Source: Cyanophora paradoxa CCMP329 | Taxonomy: Eukaryota; Plantae; Glaucophyta | Direction of reading: 5' to 3' | NCBI GenBank assembly: GCA_004431415.1 | Contig: QPMI01000574.1 | Coordinates: 1 to 62,266, forward strand | DNA length: 62,266 nt | Shown here: positions 1-17,043 of the stretch, piece by piece | Position numbering within the stretch: position 1 is the stretch's first letter | How the letters are laid out: every line of letters begins with the position of its first letter | The notes under the pieces: generated by a model | The model's database searches: none | What the model was told of the DNA's origin: nothing | Seen by the model: only the letters and a program-made list of their open reading frames with translations | Program-made: the position numbers and the translations under genes

Positions 1-1375
1 TGCCCCGAGGCCACCCTTCGCCATAGACGATTGATTACCAATGGACAGGGAGCCATTTATAGTGCATATAGTTGTGCCAGCATTGGGCGTTTAAACGTAT
101 GTAGAATTGTATATTGTTGTCGTTCTTGGGGAAAGGAGAGGCCCTTAGGTCTTTCAAATTGCGTTTTGGACCCTGGGGAACTCGCTGGCAGGCTGGTCGC
201 TTCCGTTTTCCTGTGAGAGGCCGGCGCCTCGAATCAATGAATGGGTCCCCGTACGTGCACACCCTATTCGCTCAGCGGCTCATGATCATGATCCGGATCC
301 GATGATCATGATCATGATTTGGGTACCGGTAGATATTAACTTTAGTAATATTAGATGTAGCTAGAGATGCGCATCATGGCATGCATGCGGTACAACTAGT
401 ACTTGGGAATTCTCAGAGTCTGTACCCTAGGCCTCTCGTTTGAGCATGTGCCCTTGCAATTCGCAATTGCTCAGCGGCTGACTCAGTGAGCTCGAGCTCG
501 AGCGCTCGATCCTCGGAGTGCCCCGCCCCCGCCCCCCCTCTTCTATTCCCGAGTCCGGATCCTCGCTTCTTATAATTACCAGCCCTCCGGGCCGGACTCG
601 CCGAGTCGCTTGTTATATTTAACCATACCGCCCAGCCCTCCACATGCCGCAGTGCACGGCCTAGCTTGCACATGCAGGTAACGGGTCCAGCCCTCGCAAG
701 CCTGGGGAGATCTAGAGTCTACTCCCAATACATCCAATGATCTGCTGATCAAAAGTTAAATAAATTTGTGGAGGTCAAAAAGCCCACGCTCCACAGAGCT
801 GAGCGCGGGTGGTATACTCCATGTCTCTTCGGGAGTGTGAAATGCAGCCAGCCGCTGGGTGCGATCCGACCGCCAGAAATCTCCCGGAAACTCTTGCGAG
901 CAGGAAAGAAAGGCTTTTGGGGTCGGAATTGAGGTCGCCCAACTAGTGGGTGCGTCCTCGACAAGGATCAGACCACGCACATCTTCGGAGGGTGAAATGG
1001 CCACGGCAGGGTTAAGACCCGCACGCAGCTTTGGAATCTCCGCGAAATTCGAGCGAAAAGCGTGTCCGTGGAGGGAAAACAGGAGGGCGGGGTTCGGTGT
1101 GGGTGAGACGGAGAAATAAATCAGTTCGCGGGTAGTCTGCTATTCACAACTCGGCGGGCGAGGGATCCGGGGTGTACAACGTCGCAGAGCGTGTAGGGGT
1201 GAGTGGTTGCTAAGCAGGTACGATCCCGAGACCGGTCGAAGCTATCCGACACGGACTCGGCCGCCCATGCCACCGGTCACGTCCGCACGAGGGGTCCTAG
1301 ACCCCCGTTGCCGACGTTGCCGTCGTCTCCAGAGGCTAGGCCGTGCCGCGCGTCCGTGACGCGGGCATGGACGGC

Positions 1376-2314
1376 TTAGGCCGATGTCTTCTTCTTCTTC
1401 TTTTCTTCCTTGGCCGCCTTCTTCTCCTCTCCGCCCTTCTTCTGCTCGCTGGACGTGAGCGCGCGGCATTCCGCAAGACTTGGCGTAGGACGCACCGCGC
1501 CGGCCTCGGCCTCCGCAGCCGCGGCGGCGGCAGAGCCGGTCATCTCCTTCCGACGCTCCTCCAGGCGTTGCTGCGACCCGCGTCGGCAGGCGGCTTCCTC
1601 ACCCGACGCGGGGGAAAGTGCGCACGAGCTTCTTCTCGCGGGACGCCTTGTTCTTCAGGCGGCGCGCCTCGATCTGGTCCGAGACGAGCTTCTCGCGGGC
1701 CTTCTCAGCCTGCGTACGGGAACGCTGTGTAAGTGATCTAGAATTGCTGGTCTCTGGTGACCGGACCTTGGCCTTGTGGATGAACTCCATGAGCACACGC
1801 TTGTTCTTGAAGACATTGCCCTTCGACTTCATGTACAGGTCGTGGTACCTGTTACATCACACTATCAGTGCACGAACGCGGCTGCGGGCTGGCGGGGCGC
1901 ACAGATGCTTGTCGATCTTCTTGGCCTCGCGGTACTTGCGGAGGAGGCGGCGAAGGACACGCTGGCGGCGCATCCAGAGCACCTTCGTCGGCAGGCGAGC
2001 CTCGCGAGTACCGCGGCGCTTGCCAGTGCCGGTGTGGCGGCCCTTGCGCTTGGCCTCGAGGTTCTTCCGCACGCGAGCGCGCGAGTGGATCTTGGCCGGC
2101 TTGCGGATGACGAAGCCGTCCTTGATCAGCTTGCGAATGTTCTGGCCTGCCCAGGGGATCGGGAATCGACATGGGGACGAAAACGACGCGAGCGAGGCGC
2201 ACGAGAGTTCGCCATGCTGATCTCGTTGACCTCATTGGGGTCAAGCCAGATCTTCCGCTGGCCGCACTTGAGCACGGCCGCGGCAAGCCGCTTCTGGAGC
2301 CGAAGCATCACCAT
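1376..2314 (-). CDS. RPL19: 60S ribosomal protein L19 (eL19), multi-exon
   Basis: Exons read [72 protein letters not shown] and [19 protein letters not shown], separated by short introns. Lys-rich C-terminus with stop at 1376-1378. Confidence 0.97.
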
Positions 2315-2582
2315 CTTGCCCTACCTGCGAAAAGGGCATCAGCCGCGAGCTCGAGCGAGTGCGTGTGCTACTTTGAGCCGAACGACGATGCCCGGTGGGC
2401 GGCGAACGCGCTCTTTCCACGCCAGGCCTGGTCTCACACTCACCAATCGCGAACTGCGTAGCCCCCTCCCGCAGGCCAGGGTACAGAGCGCCAAAAACGC
2501 TGGGCGCCGAAACTCTTTCAATTGGGCGCACAAGCATTGCATTACCCGCGTTCCTGACAAAACTAGTCCGGAAAACTGGACG

Positions 2583-7011
<4,429 letters not shown>

Positions 7012-7015
7012 CGCA

Positions 7016-7680
7016 TCACAGCAGATTCTTCCGGAAGTGATAGGCGAGAATAAAGAACTTCTCGCGGTGGTAAAACTGGTGGGCGCCGTGCCGCTGGGTC
7101 CCGCTGTCTAGGCACACCATGGAGGACCCCGCGCGCCTCGCCGCCGCCTCGCAAAACTGGATGATCGCGTGGCCCGCTCCCCGGCTGCGCCTCTTCTCGT
7201 CCACAATCTGCTCCAGTTCAGTCCGATAGCATTCGAATTCGAATGATACCGCTCACCAGGTCGTCCACATAAAACTTCATTCCGCTGGCGGTATCGGCGT
7301 AGATCCCTGGTGAAAACGTTCGGACTCGGGAACAGGAATGTGACGCGCGATCGTGCGTTCATGCCATGATGCGCACTGTATACGCACACGCCAACGACGT
7401 CGTCGGCGCCGGCCACCGCTACGATCATTCGGCCACCACCCTGCAACGTACTGCGCATGACCGCCAGCTGCAGCTAGGCGCGGCGCCGGCCGATGATTAC
7501 AAATCGTACCGCAAACACGCGCTCAAGTGCGCGAACGTACGCATCACCCGTGCCGAGATGCGGCCGCAGCTGACGGTGCACGCGCTCGGCGACGCGCAGC
7601 AGCTCCGGCCGAAGCAAGTCGCCAGCGCTGTTCGTCACCTCGAGCACAGCAAGAGCTCCCTCGAGCTCTGACGTCGACAT
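7016..7680 (-). CDS. GNAT-family N-acetyltransferase, bacterial-like, intron-containing
   Basis: Spliced product has RQLRPHL, GGRMIVAV, KFYVDDL, RSRGAG (acetyl-CoA motif A) and LDSGTQRHGAHQFY. Confidence 0.85.
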
Positions 7681-9870
7681 CGATAGCTTGTGGTTGGGAG
7701 GGCGAGAGATCTAGAGGAGCTCAGAGGACGCCGGCCATGGCCACGCTTATGGGCCTCAGTGTGACAACCCCCCCCCCCCTTCCCCCCCCCCCCCTCCCCC
7801 CCCCCCCCCCCCGGGCCCCTAGTACTGACCCTCTCAGAGTCTTTTAAGTTTTCCCTCCTATGTATCCTCTCCTCTCCTCTGTATCCTGATGGCCCTAGCC
7901 AGCCGTACAGTTTTGATGAAAGGCGAGCTTCGACGAGTCGGAAGGACTGCACCCGATTGCAATTGCGAATTTCGAATTCGAAGGCCGGTCGTGATCTTTC
8001 ATGCGAGAATTCGAAGAGGGTCCAGTGGCGCGTTAACGTTCCACAAGCCCCAGACTGTCCATGGCCAGCTGCAGCCGCTGAGCCATCGATATCAGCCAGA
8101 AGAAGAGCCTCTCAGAACATAAGGCGTTTGCGCCGCCACTACCCTTGCAATTGTCTGCAGCTGGCTGGTTCACTGAGTCACTGTCGATTGTGCCTTGGGC
8201 CTTTGGGTCCTTCGCCTTTCGTCAAAACCGTACAGCTGCAGCTGGGCGTGTTTTATACGTATACGTATACATACTCTTCTTCTTCTTCTCAGAGTACGTA
8301 TACGTATCTATAAGACACGCCCAAGCCAGAAGAAGAAGAGTATATATATATGTATAATGATTCAATGTTCCGATTCAATGATTGGGTCTAGATCTTCGAA
8401 TTCATATTGGTATCATAGTAACAGAGTTTTCGGATCCTCCTCACCGGCCTTCAAGACCCCCCCCCCCCCTCCCCCCCTCCCCCCCCCCCCCCCCCCCCCG
8501 CCGCTGGGTCCCGCTGTCTAGGCACACCATGGAGGACCCCGCGCGCCTCGCCGCCGCCTCGCAAAACTGGATGATCGCGTGGCCCGCTCCCCGGCTGCGC
8601 CTCTTCTCGTCCACAATCTGCTCCAGTTCAGTCCGATAGCATTCGAATTCGAATGATACCGCTCACCAGGTCGTCCACATAAAACTTCATTCCGCTGGCG
8701 GTATCGGCGTAGATCCCTGGTGAAAACGTTCGGACTCGGGAACAGGAATGTGACGCGCGATCGTGCGTTCATGCCATGATGCGCACTGTATACGCACACG
8801 CCAACGACGTCGTCGGCGCCGGCCACCGCTACGATCATTCGGCCACCACCCTGCAACGTACTGCGCATGACCGCCAGCTGCAGCTAGGCGCGGCGCCGGC
8901 CGATGATTACAAATCGTACCGCAAACACGCGCTCAAGTGCGCGAACGTACGCATCACCCGTGCCGAGATGCGGCCGCAGCTGACGGTGCACGCGCTCGGC
9001 GACGCGCAGCAGCTCCGGCCGAAGCAAGTCGCCAGCGCTGTTCGTCACCTCGAGCACAGCAAGAGCTCCCTCGAGCTCTGACGTCGACATCGATAGCTTG
9101 TGGTTGGGAGGGCGAGAGATCTAGAGGAGCTCAGAGGACGCCGGCCATGGCCACGCTTACGGGCCTCAGTGTGACAACCCCCCCCCCCCCTTCCCCCCCC
9201 CTTCCCCCCCCCCCCCCCCGGGCCCCTAGTACTGACCCTCTCAGAGTCTTTTAAGTTTTCCCTCCTATGTATCCTCTCCTCTCCTCTGTATCCTGATGGC
9301 CCTAGCCAGCCGTACAGTTTTGATGAAAGGCGAGCTTCGACGAGTCGGAAGGACTGCACCCGATTGCAATTGCGAATTTCGAATTCGAAGGCCGGTCGTG
9401 ATCTTTCATGCGAGAATTCGAAGAGGGTCCAGTGGCGCGTTAACGTTCCACAAGCCCAGACTGTCCATGGCCAGCTGCAGCCGCTGAGCCATCGATATCA
9501 GCCAGAAGAAGAGCCTCTCAGAACATAAGGCGTTTGCGCCGCCACTACCCTTGCAATTGTCTGCAGCTGGCTGGTTCACTGAGTCACTGTCGATTGTGCC
9601 TTGGGCCTTTGGGTCCTTCGCCTTTCGTCAAAACCGTACAGCTGCAGCTGGGCGTGTTTTATACGTATACGTATACATACTCTTCTTCTTCTTCTCAGAG
9701 TACGTATACGTATCTATAAGACACGCCCAAGCCAGAAGAAGAAGAGTATATATATATGTATAATGATTCAATGTTCCGATTCAATGATTGGGTCTAGATC
9801 TTCGAATTCATATTGGTATCATAGTAACAGAGTTTTCGGATCCTCCTCACCGGCCTTCAAGACCCCCCCC
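7091..9870. repeat. Direct tandem duplication of a ~1.41-kb unit (about 7091-8500 and 8501-9870)
   Basis: Near-identical sequence and identical ORF translations offset by 1410 bp; junction lies in a poly-C tract. Confidence 0.95.
8501..9090 (-). pseudogene. 3'-truncated duplicate of the GNAT gene
   Basis: Matches the first copy up to LDSGTQR, then runs into poly-G and lacks the HGAHQFY...KNLL C-terminus. Confidence 0.75.
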
Positions 9871-10386
9871 CCCCCTCCCCCCTCCCCCGCCTCCCCTTCC
9901 CCCCCTTCAAGGCTTCGCACGGGCTAGCGATATATATATATATATAATTAGAAGAGAAAGGCCCAAGCTGATCATGATCATGAAGTCCAGGGACCGGAGG
10001 ACCTTCGTTGTCGAATCGAAGAGCTCGAGGGCTGTTTGCATCAACGTCCGGTCTGGGGTTCGATCTGGGCTGCTCTCATGACATTCTTGGTGGAGTGGTG
10101 AAGCACCGCATGCGCACTCTCCGGATCCACTCTAGATCTTGAGCCTCTGTGTTCGAATCCATGCCGGCCGAAGCAATCCCGCTTCGAATTCCAATATCTA
10201 AGTTTGCAAATTTAAGGGGTGACCCTTGCAATTAAACTTGAAAGAGGCCCACTGGCCATGGGGGCTTATATGTTAGTACTCTGAATTAGAATAGTGTTGT
10301 GCCGACCTTAAGCTTCATTTCACCATGGCCAACAAGGTCGGTGTATTCCCACGGGCGATTATTCCGAGACAGTGGGACGGGGGATT

Positions 10387-10414
10387 CCTCAGGGCCCGGC
10401 GCCGGGCCCTGAGG
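10387..10414. repeat. Perfect 28-bp palindrome
   Basis: cctcagggcccggc|gccgggccctgagg. Confidence 0.9.
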
Positions 10415-11593
10415 GATTAATATTTCCAGATCTGGGGATGTTTCACGCTGAAATGGAGGGTGATTAATATTTCCGCCGACCCTCTGGCAGTTTCGACGAG
10501 ATTATCATAGTATGCCATGATGGAGGCTTGCACACAGTCACTGAGTCTAGGATCTGGCGGTCTCTAGATCTGCAGCTGCTGGTGTCTAGAGACTAGGAAT
10601 TGCATTTCTCAAATACCAGCCCCCCCTCCCCAACCTGAAAAGAAATGCAACGAAACATCGATATCTAGATCTGTGCATGCACCCTTGAATGTCGCCGAGT
10701 CGAACTGGAAATTTGTAAAAAAGAGGTTGTCGATGACATCCCAATGCACATCGCTTGTGTCTGGAACCCTAACGGACCACTTTCGCTGTGCAAGTAAACT
10801 TTGTGTGGTGAAAATATTTGCTTAAAGTTTTCGAAAATCCACTGAAAACAATTGCAGGGCATTTTGGGATAATAGGCATGCCCTGTCCAGCGCAGGGCAT
10901 TTACAGGCTCCATCGGGCTTCGTGAGCGTTTTCGAGCTTCCATGCACGGGGCCACGTGCGGGGCGGGCGCGGCCGCTAGCGCTTCTTGGAGGCCTGGGAG
11001 CTGCCGCAGTCGACGTCCCGTTTCCACTCGGCGTTGACCTCGCATGCGCTTAGCCGTGCGGGCAGCATGGTAGGGTTGAAGCTCGAGGCCGAGAGCGTCC
11101 GGCCCGACGTCATCGCCGCCCGCCTCGCCATCGCTGACTTGCGGTCCAAGATCTGGTCTGCGACCGTCGACGTCGGGCCGAGCGAGCATCCAGAGAAGAG
11201 TCTGCGGGAAGATAAGGGCGCGCGTCGCGATGCAGCTACAGGTTATCGCGGACGCCTGCGCATGCAGTTTCAGCAGCGTTAAGACGAGCATTGCGGTACA
11301 GAGATACGCAAGAGGGGGAAGCTGCTGATCGCGTTTGAAAGCACGAGGGCCTCTAGCTCCTCGCCGGCTGCAAATTCAGTGAAAAAAAAGGAGGGGTAGA
11401 AGAAGGGCCCGAACGGAACGTGCTCGGCCTGGACTGTGCACTGGTAGTTGTTCTCTGCAGCTGCGCACGCGGCAGCGGCGGTGCACGGGTGACGTAGCGC
11501 ACCGCAGGGCGTTTTTGCTCTCCTATTTTAGCTAGACGCCGAAGCCAGCCTCCAGCCTCTGCAGGCTTGCAGCTCAGCAGCTGGTGATTAGCT

Positions 11594-13900
11594 ATGGAAG
11601 CGGAGCTGAGCGGGGCCGTCGAAATCCTGCGGGACCGGCTCTATTACGTGTCCCTGCGGACAGTCCCGCGAAACACCGCATACGCTCTTTTCTTCACGGT
11701 GGACAATGACCTCGTGTACGAGCCGTTCTTCGCGGACTTCGGTCCCCTGAACCTGGGCCAGTTGTACCGTTTCTGTCAGATCTTGGACCGCAAGATCAAC
11801 GTGCGTCGTTTCCTCGCGAAGGCGCAGCGCCCTCAAGAGGCCTCTTTTTCTTCTTGCCTTGCATACTCCGGGATTGGCTGCTGACCTCATTCCTGCGCAT
11901 CACAGGACCCAGCAAACGCGAAGAAGAAGATCTACTTCTACAGCAGCCACGATGCGCACAAGCGCGCCAACGCTGCGTATCTAGTCAGCGCATACGCGGT
12001 ACCTAGCACTGGGCCCGTCCAGTGCTCGCGCCCTCCCTGACTTATGCAAGGTGATGTGCCTCGGCCGGACTGGCGAGGAGGCCTATCGCCCTTTCCTCGG
12101 TATATATCCCCCTTTCATCCCGTTCCGCGACGCGTCCTTTGGCATCTGCACCTACAATGGCGTGCCCGGATTTCACGGTTTTGTTCTTTTCCTTTGTTAA
12201 GCCCCCCGCACAGTTACCGTTCAGGACTGCCTCATGGGCTTGCACAAGGCGCTGGAGAATAAGTTCATTGACTTTAGCACATTTAATGTAGAAGAGTAAA
12301 CCCCCGGCATTATCTGTGATTTGATCTACGGATCCGCTTTTCCTGATTGCGACACCAGGTACGAGTACTATGAAAAAGTGGAGAATGGCGACCTCAACTG
12401 GATTGTCCCGGGAAAATTCGTCGCCTTTAGCGGCCCTTCAAACACTCGGCAAGAAACAGGCGACGGTTTCCGCACTCTCATTCCTGGCAAGCGAATCTTC
12501 AAGTTCATACCTGCTGCACGATGACCTTCTTGCAGAGGATTATTTCGCTTACTTCCGCAAGATGAACGTTACAACTATCATCCGACTTAACAAAAAGTGC
12601 TATGATCGCAAGCGCTTTGTTGACGCTGGTTCGAAACCATCTGTGTGAGGCTGCATCAACTGTCTGATGATTACAACAGGCTTCAAGCATTATGATCTGT
12701 ATTTTGTCGACGGAGGAACCCCGAGCGAGGCCATTCTCAAACGATTCCTTGAGATATGTGAGACTGAACCTGGTAAGCGAAAACATTTGTCTCCCCTGCT
12801 ATGTGTGTTTTCTCACACATCGACAGGTGCTGTTGCCGTGCACTGCAAAGCAGGCCTTGGAAGGACAGGAACGCTGATAGCAGCGTACATCATGAAGCAT
12901 TTCCACTTCACAGCATCTGAGACGATCGCATACATCCGTGTCTGCAGACCTGGCAGTATCATCGGTCCTCAGCAGTACTATTTGAAAGAGTAAGCTTGTC
13001 TAGAATGGAGGCACTGTTGCGGACTGCTGAGCCGCAATGACGCAGGCTTGAACCACGGTTGTGGAAGATGGGAGAGATGCAGCGGAAAAAGCTTACCCCC
13101 ACACAGCAACCAGGAGCCAGGGAGGCCTACGATGCTCCTTCAGTAAGCACAGTGCGTTCCAACCCTTTCATGTATAGCCTTTTTAGCTGGCCGAATAAGC
13201 GATGCATTGGCACAGAACCCGTCTTTGTACCCATCGCCAAACAAGAGTACTCGCCCATCATCAAGACCAGGTTCTGCATCAGGTCAGCAATCGCGAGCGC
13301 CACCAGCCGCCGTTCCCACGAAACCGGGTGTGCCTTGTGCTAGCCACATCCTTCTGGGCTAACCAGCAGTCCGAAGCCGTCCATGCAGGACCCTCTGCAG
13401 TTCGATCATCTGCCACGAGCATATACAGAAGCGGGTCGCCACAGGTCGCGCGGCCACAAACGCCACCATCAAGATCTGCAGGAGTGCCAATGTCGGGCCT
13501 CTCAGCTTCGCAGGCTCGGCCAATCACGCCTACACACCAGCAGCCCCATCCAACAATGACCAGCTCAAGCTACAGTGTTCCCTATGGCAACCGATATGCA
13601 CCTGCAGAGACACGCATTGCGCAGCAAATGGCCAACATGCGCCTTTCCGGATCATTCGATGTGGTCCCTCGGCACTCGCAGCCCGCAGCTTCCCAGATGC
13701 CAACTCGTGCCTCGGTAGGAGGCTACTCTATCTATGGCGTTCCGCCTTCGAGACCTGCGGCAGCCCATGCACCACAACCATCATCGATGTACTCAGGTGC
13801 AGTGATGTTTCAGCTCTGGGTTGCATCCTTTCCAAGTTGATCCTGCAGCAGCAGGGGCACCTCCTCGCCGGGGGGTCAGATAGAGAGGCTTCCCTCTACA
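11594..13900 (+). CDS. CDC14: Dual-specificity phosphatase Cdc14
   Basis: [27 protein letters not shown], catalytic [11 protein letters not shown] and [10 protein letters not shown], followed by a Ser/Pro-rich tail. 3' end approximate. Confidence 0.95.
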
Positions 13901-14186
13901 TGTCTTCCTGCGTGAATCAGACCGGATTCCTCCTTGTTGTAACAGCTAGAAGCTCGGCTGCAACACGTATACTATTGACGTCGAAGTAGAACGCAAAGTG
14001 GAACCCTGCGGCCGTCCAACCCTTGATACAACCTTGCCAATCCCCATGATCAAATTGAAGCCTTGATGTATCGCCGTACCCGTACGCGTCGCAGCTGAGG
14101 GGCAGGGTTGGCGGGCTCGCATTAGCAGCGAACGGGAGGCGTGCAGACTTGCCTGCGAAGCGCCGTGAGTACGGGCGCACGCAGCG

Positions 14187-16192
14187 ATGACGGTCTCAGC
14201 GGTGAACGACCGCTACATGCGTTTTTGCCGCCGTGGGCTGAACGGACCCCGCGCAGCTCTTTCTGATGGATATAAAAGGGAAGGTGATCATGAGCAGGAA
14301 CTACCGCGGCGACGTGCCGATGGGCGTCGTCGACAAGTTTGCCCAGCGCCTGCAGGACGACGAAGCAGACATCACGCCCGTGTTCCACATGGAGGGCGTT
14401 ACGTTTGTTTACGTGAAGTACAACAACCTTGTCCGTATCCTTTCGGCTCCGCTCCGCTACGCGCGCCTGTCTTCCTCCGCACCCAGCACTTCGGCCATGC
14501 CACTTCTTTGACCGTCTGCGTGCGCACAGTGCTCGCAGTAACGAAACGCAACTCCAACGCCGCGAACATTCTGCTTTTCCTCTACAAGCTCATCCAGGTA
14601 CAACGGACCGCCCTCCAAAGCACCGCGAACGCTGAGCGCCTCACAGGTTTTCTGTGATTACTTCAAGGAGCTGGAAGAAGAAAGCATCCGCGATAACTTT
14701 GTTATCATTTACGAGCTGCTGGACGAGATGATGGACTTCGGCTACCCACAGACAACGGAGACGAAGATCCTGCAAGAGTGAGCTTGGCTTTGTTCGTGGC
14801 GGCAGTGCAGGCCTTATTTCGAACGCGCAGGTACATTACACAGGAGAGCTATAAGTTGGATAAGGACAAAGTTCGGCCACCCATGGCAGTTACGAACGCA
14901 GTGTCCTGGCGCTCGGAGGGTTCGCCGTGTTTTACTGATTCCCCTTCGCTCGATCCTGCTTGAATTTCAAGCCCTTTCCCTTTCCAGGCATCAAGTACAG
15001 GAAGAACGAGATTTTCCTGGACGTTATCGAGAGCGTAAACCTTCTTGTTGCCAGCAACGGGAATGTGCTACGGTCGGAGATTGTTGGCCAACTGAAGATG
15101 CGGTCTTATCTCTCTGGAATGCCGGAATTGAAGCTCGGACTCAACGACAAGCTCTTATTCGAGGCGACTGGCCGACGTATGCTGCAGTTTTCTTTCCTTT
15201 CGTTTGAGGGGGTGTGTGTGCACGTAATGATATCCGCGGCAGCGCAATCGAAGGGAAAAGCTGTGGAACTAGAGGACGTAAAGTTTCATCAGTGTGTACG
15301 GTTAGCTCGCTTTGAAAACGACAGAACCATCTCCTTCATCCCGCCCGATGGGGAGTTCGAACTCATGTCCTACCGCCTCTCGACACAGGCGCCTTTCTCT
15401 TTTCCCCATTCAGGCTTGTCGCGCGTCTTCTCTAATTCATGGCCACCAGGTCAAGCCGCTGATATGGATTGAAGCTGTTATGGAGTCGCACTCGCGCAGC
15501 CGCGTGGAGTACATGGTGAAGGCGCGCACTCCCCTTCCGCAGCCTTCCTTGCCAATCCCTTTTGAACTTTGCCCGCAGGCCAAGTCTCAGTTTAAACAGC
15601 GGTCGACAGCAAACAATGTCGAGATTTTCATTCCTGTGCCTCCGGATGCTGACACGCCGTCTTTCAAGGTTCGCACCGAACTGTCCTAATGCCAAGCAAT
15701 CTCTGCGCAACTGACCCCTTTTTAGACGAGCATCGGGACCGTGCGGTACGCGCCGGAGCTGGACCGCATCGTGTGGACCATCAAACAGTTTCCCGGCGGC
15801 AAGGAGTTCCTCATGCGCGCCCACTTTGGCCTTCCATCTATCCAGGATGGTCCGATCCCGCGACGCCTTTCTCCGTACCGCCCCTCACGTTCCTCTCAGA
15901 GGAGGGCGCGAAGGAGAAGCCGCCCATCACGGTCAAGTTTGAGATCCCCTACTTCACAGTCTCTGGAATCCAGGCAAGCCGCAGTTCTCCGCCGGGCGCC
16001 GTCGGTGGCCAGACGCCCCTTCCCTCTGCAGGTTCGGTACCTCAAGATCATCGAGAAGAGCGGGTACCAGGCACTGCCCTGGGTCCGCTACATCACCCAG
16101 AACGGCGACTACCAGGTGCACTATTTCCGCACCCCTTCACGATCTTATTCTAATCATGCGATGCGTGCACTGTGCAGCTCCGTATGGCCTGA
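14187..16192 (+). CDS. AP1M: AP-1 adaptor complex mu subunit
   Basis: SRNYRGD, EESIRDNFVIIYELLDEMMDFGYPQ, VSWRSEGIKYRKNE, DVKFHQCVRL, SFIPPDGEFELMSYRL and YQALPWVRYITQNGDYQ. Confidence 0.96.
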
Positions 16193-16237
16193 GCCTGATG
16201 CTTTCCTTTCGTACGGCTGTATGTAGTTTAAATTTAG

Positions 16238-16740
16238 TCAACACTTTGCGTACGGCGAGTCCGAGGCGCGCCTCGCATGCTGGGAGCTTTCGGCGGAATC
16301 AGGCTTGGCCCTGCCTACCGGCATGGTCCGTCTGAGATGCCTGCTCTTCAGCTGGTGGCCCGGCGGCCTGGTAGTTGTACTCGAGCTCCTCCGCGTCAGG
16401 CTCCGAGTTGGGCGCGGGTTTGTCAAGGTCCTCCGCACGAGCGGTCCTCAGAAGGGGTGGGATGTCCGGAGCCAGCGCGCTGGGCGCCGATGAGTCGTTA
16501 TATGCTATCATAGTATGCTCACGCGCACCGCGCGTCCGCGTCCAGATCTGCCATCTCCATCAGCTCGTCGCCTGTTTCGAAAACACAGTGAGTGCTGCGG
16601 CGCTGATTTGACGCTCCGCGATCGCTGCGGCGCCGATTGCACGCCGGCAGGAAGCGCGAATGCGAGTGCGCGTATGCGTATTGATGACACAAGCGTATTG
16701 AGCATCCCCTGCGCGTATGCGCACCCGGCTTCCCTGCGGA
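16238..16740 (-). CDS. Possible small hypothetical protein, spliced
   Basis: Acidic coding-like segments (CVFETGDELMEMADLDADAR, EPDAEELEYNYQ) near splice-like sites. No family recognised. Confidence 0.3.
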
Positions 16741-17043
16741 AACGTGAGCGGAGACAAGGAACGCGAGAGAGCGCCAGACCCCAGTTGTGAGCGCCCTCGC
16801 CTCCCTTCTTCGCGCCGGTTTTAATGGGCAGGCCATCTCCCGAGCGCCGATCGTACTGCCTGAGGAGAGCAGGGAGCGTTTATCTTCGAAGGGGCGGCGA
16901 GCGTGGACTGCGAAGTACCGATTGTGGCGGGGAGGCATTTCTTTCGACTTCTAAAATTGCCGTACCCCACGGCTCGAGCTCCCGCGCTGCTGGCGCACAC
17001 CCGGCGAGCCTTCGTTCAGGCTCAGGCCGCCTCAGGCGAAGAG

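Noticed and set aside
14431-14529. 7-nt micro-exon (cacttcg) in AP1M
   Set aside because: A single 95-nt GT-AG intron from 14435 gives NLVLLAVT of normal length; the two options cannot be separated without cDNA.
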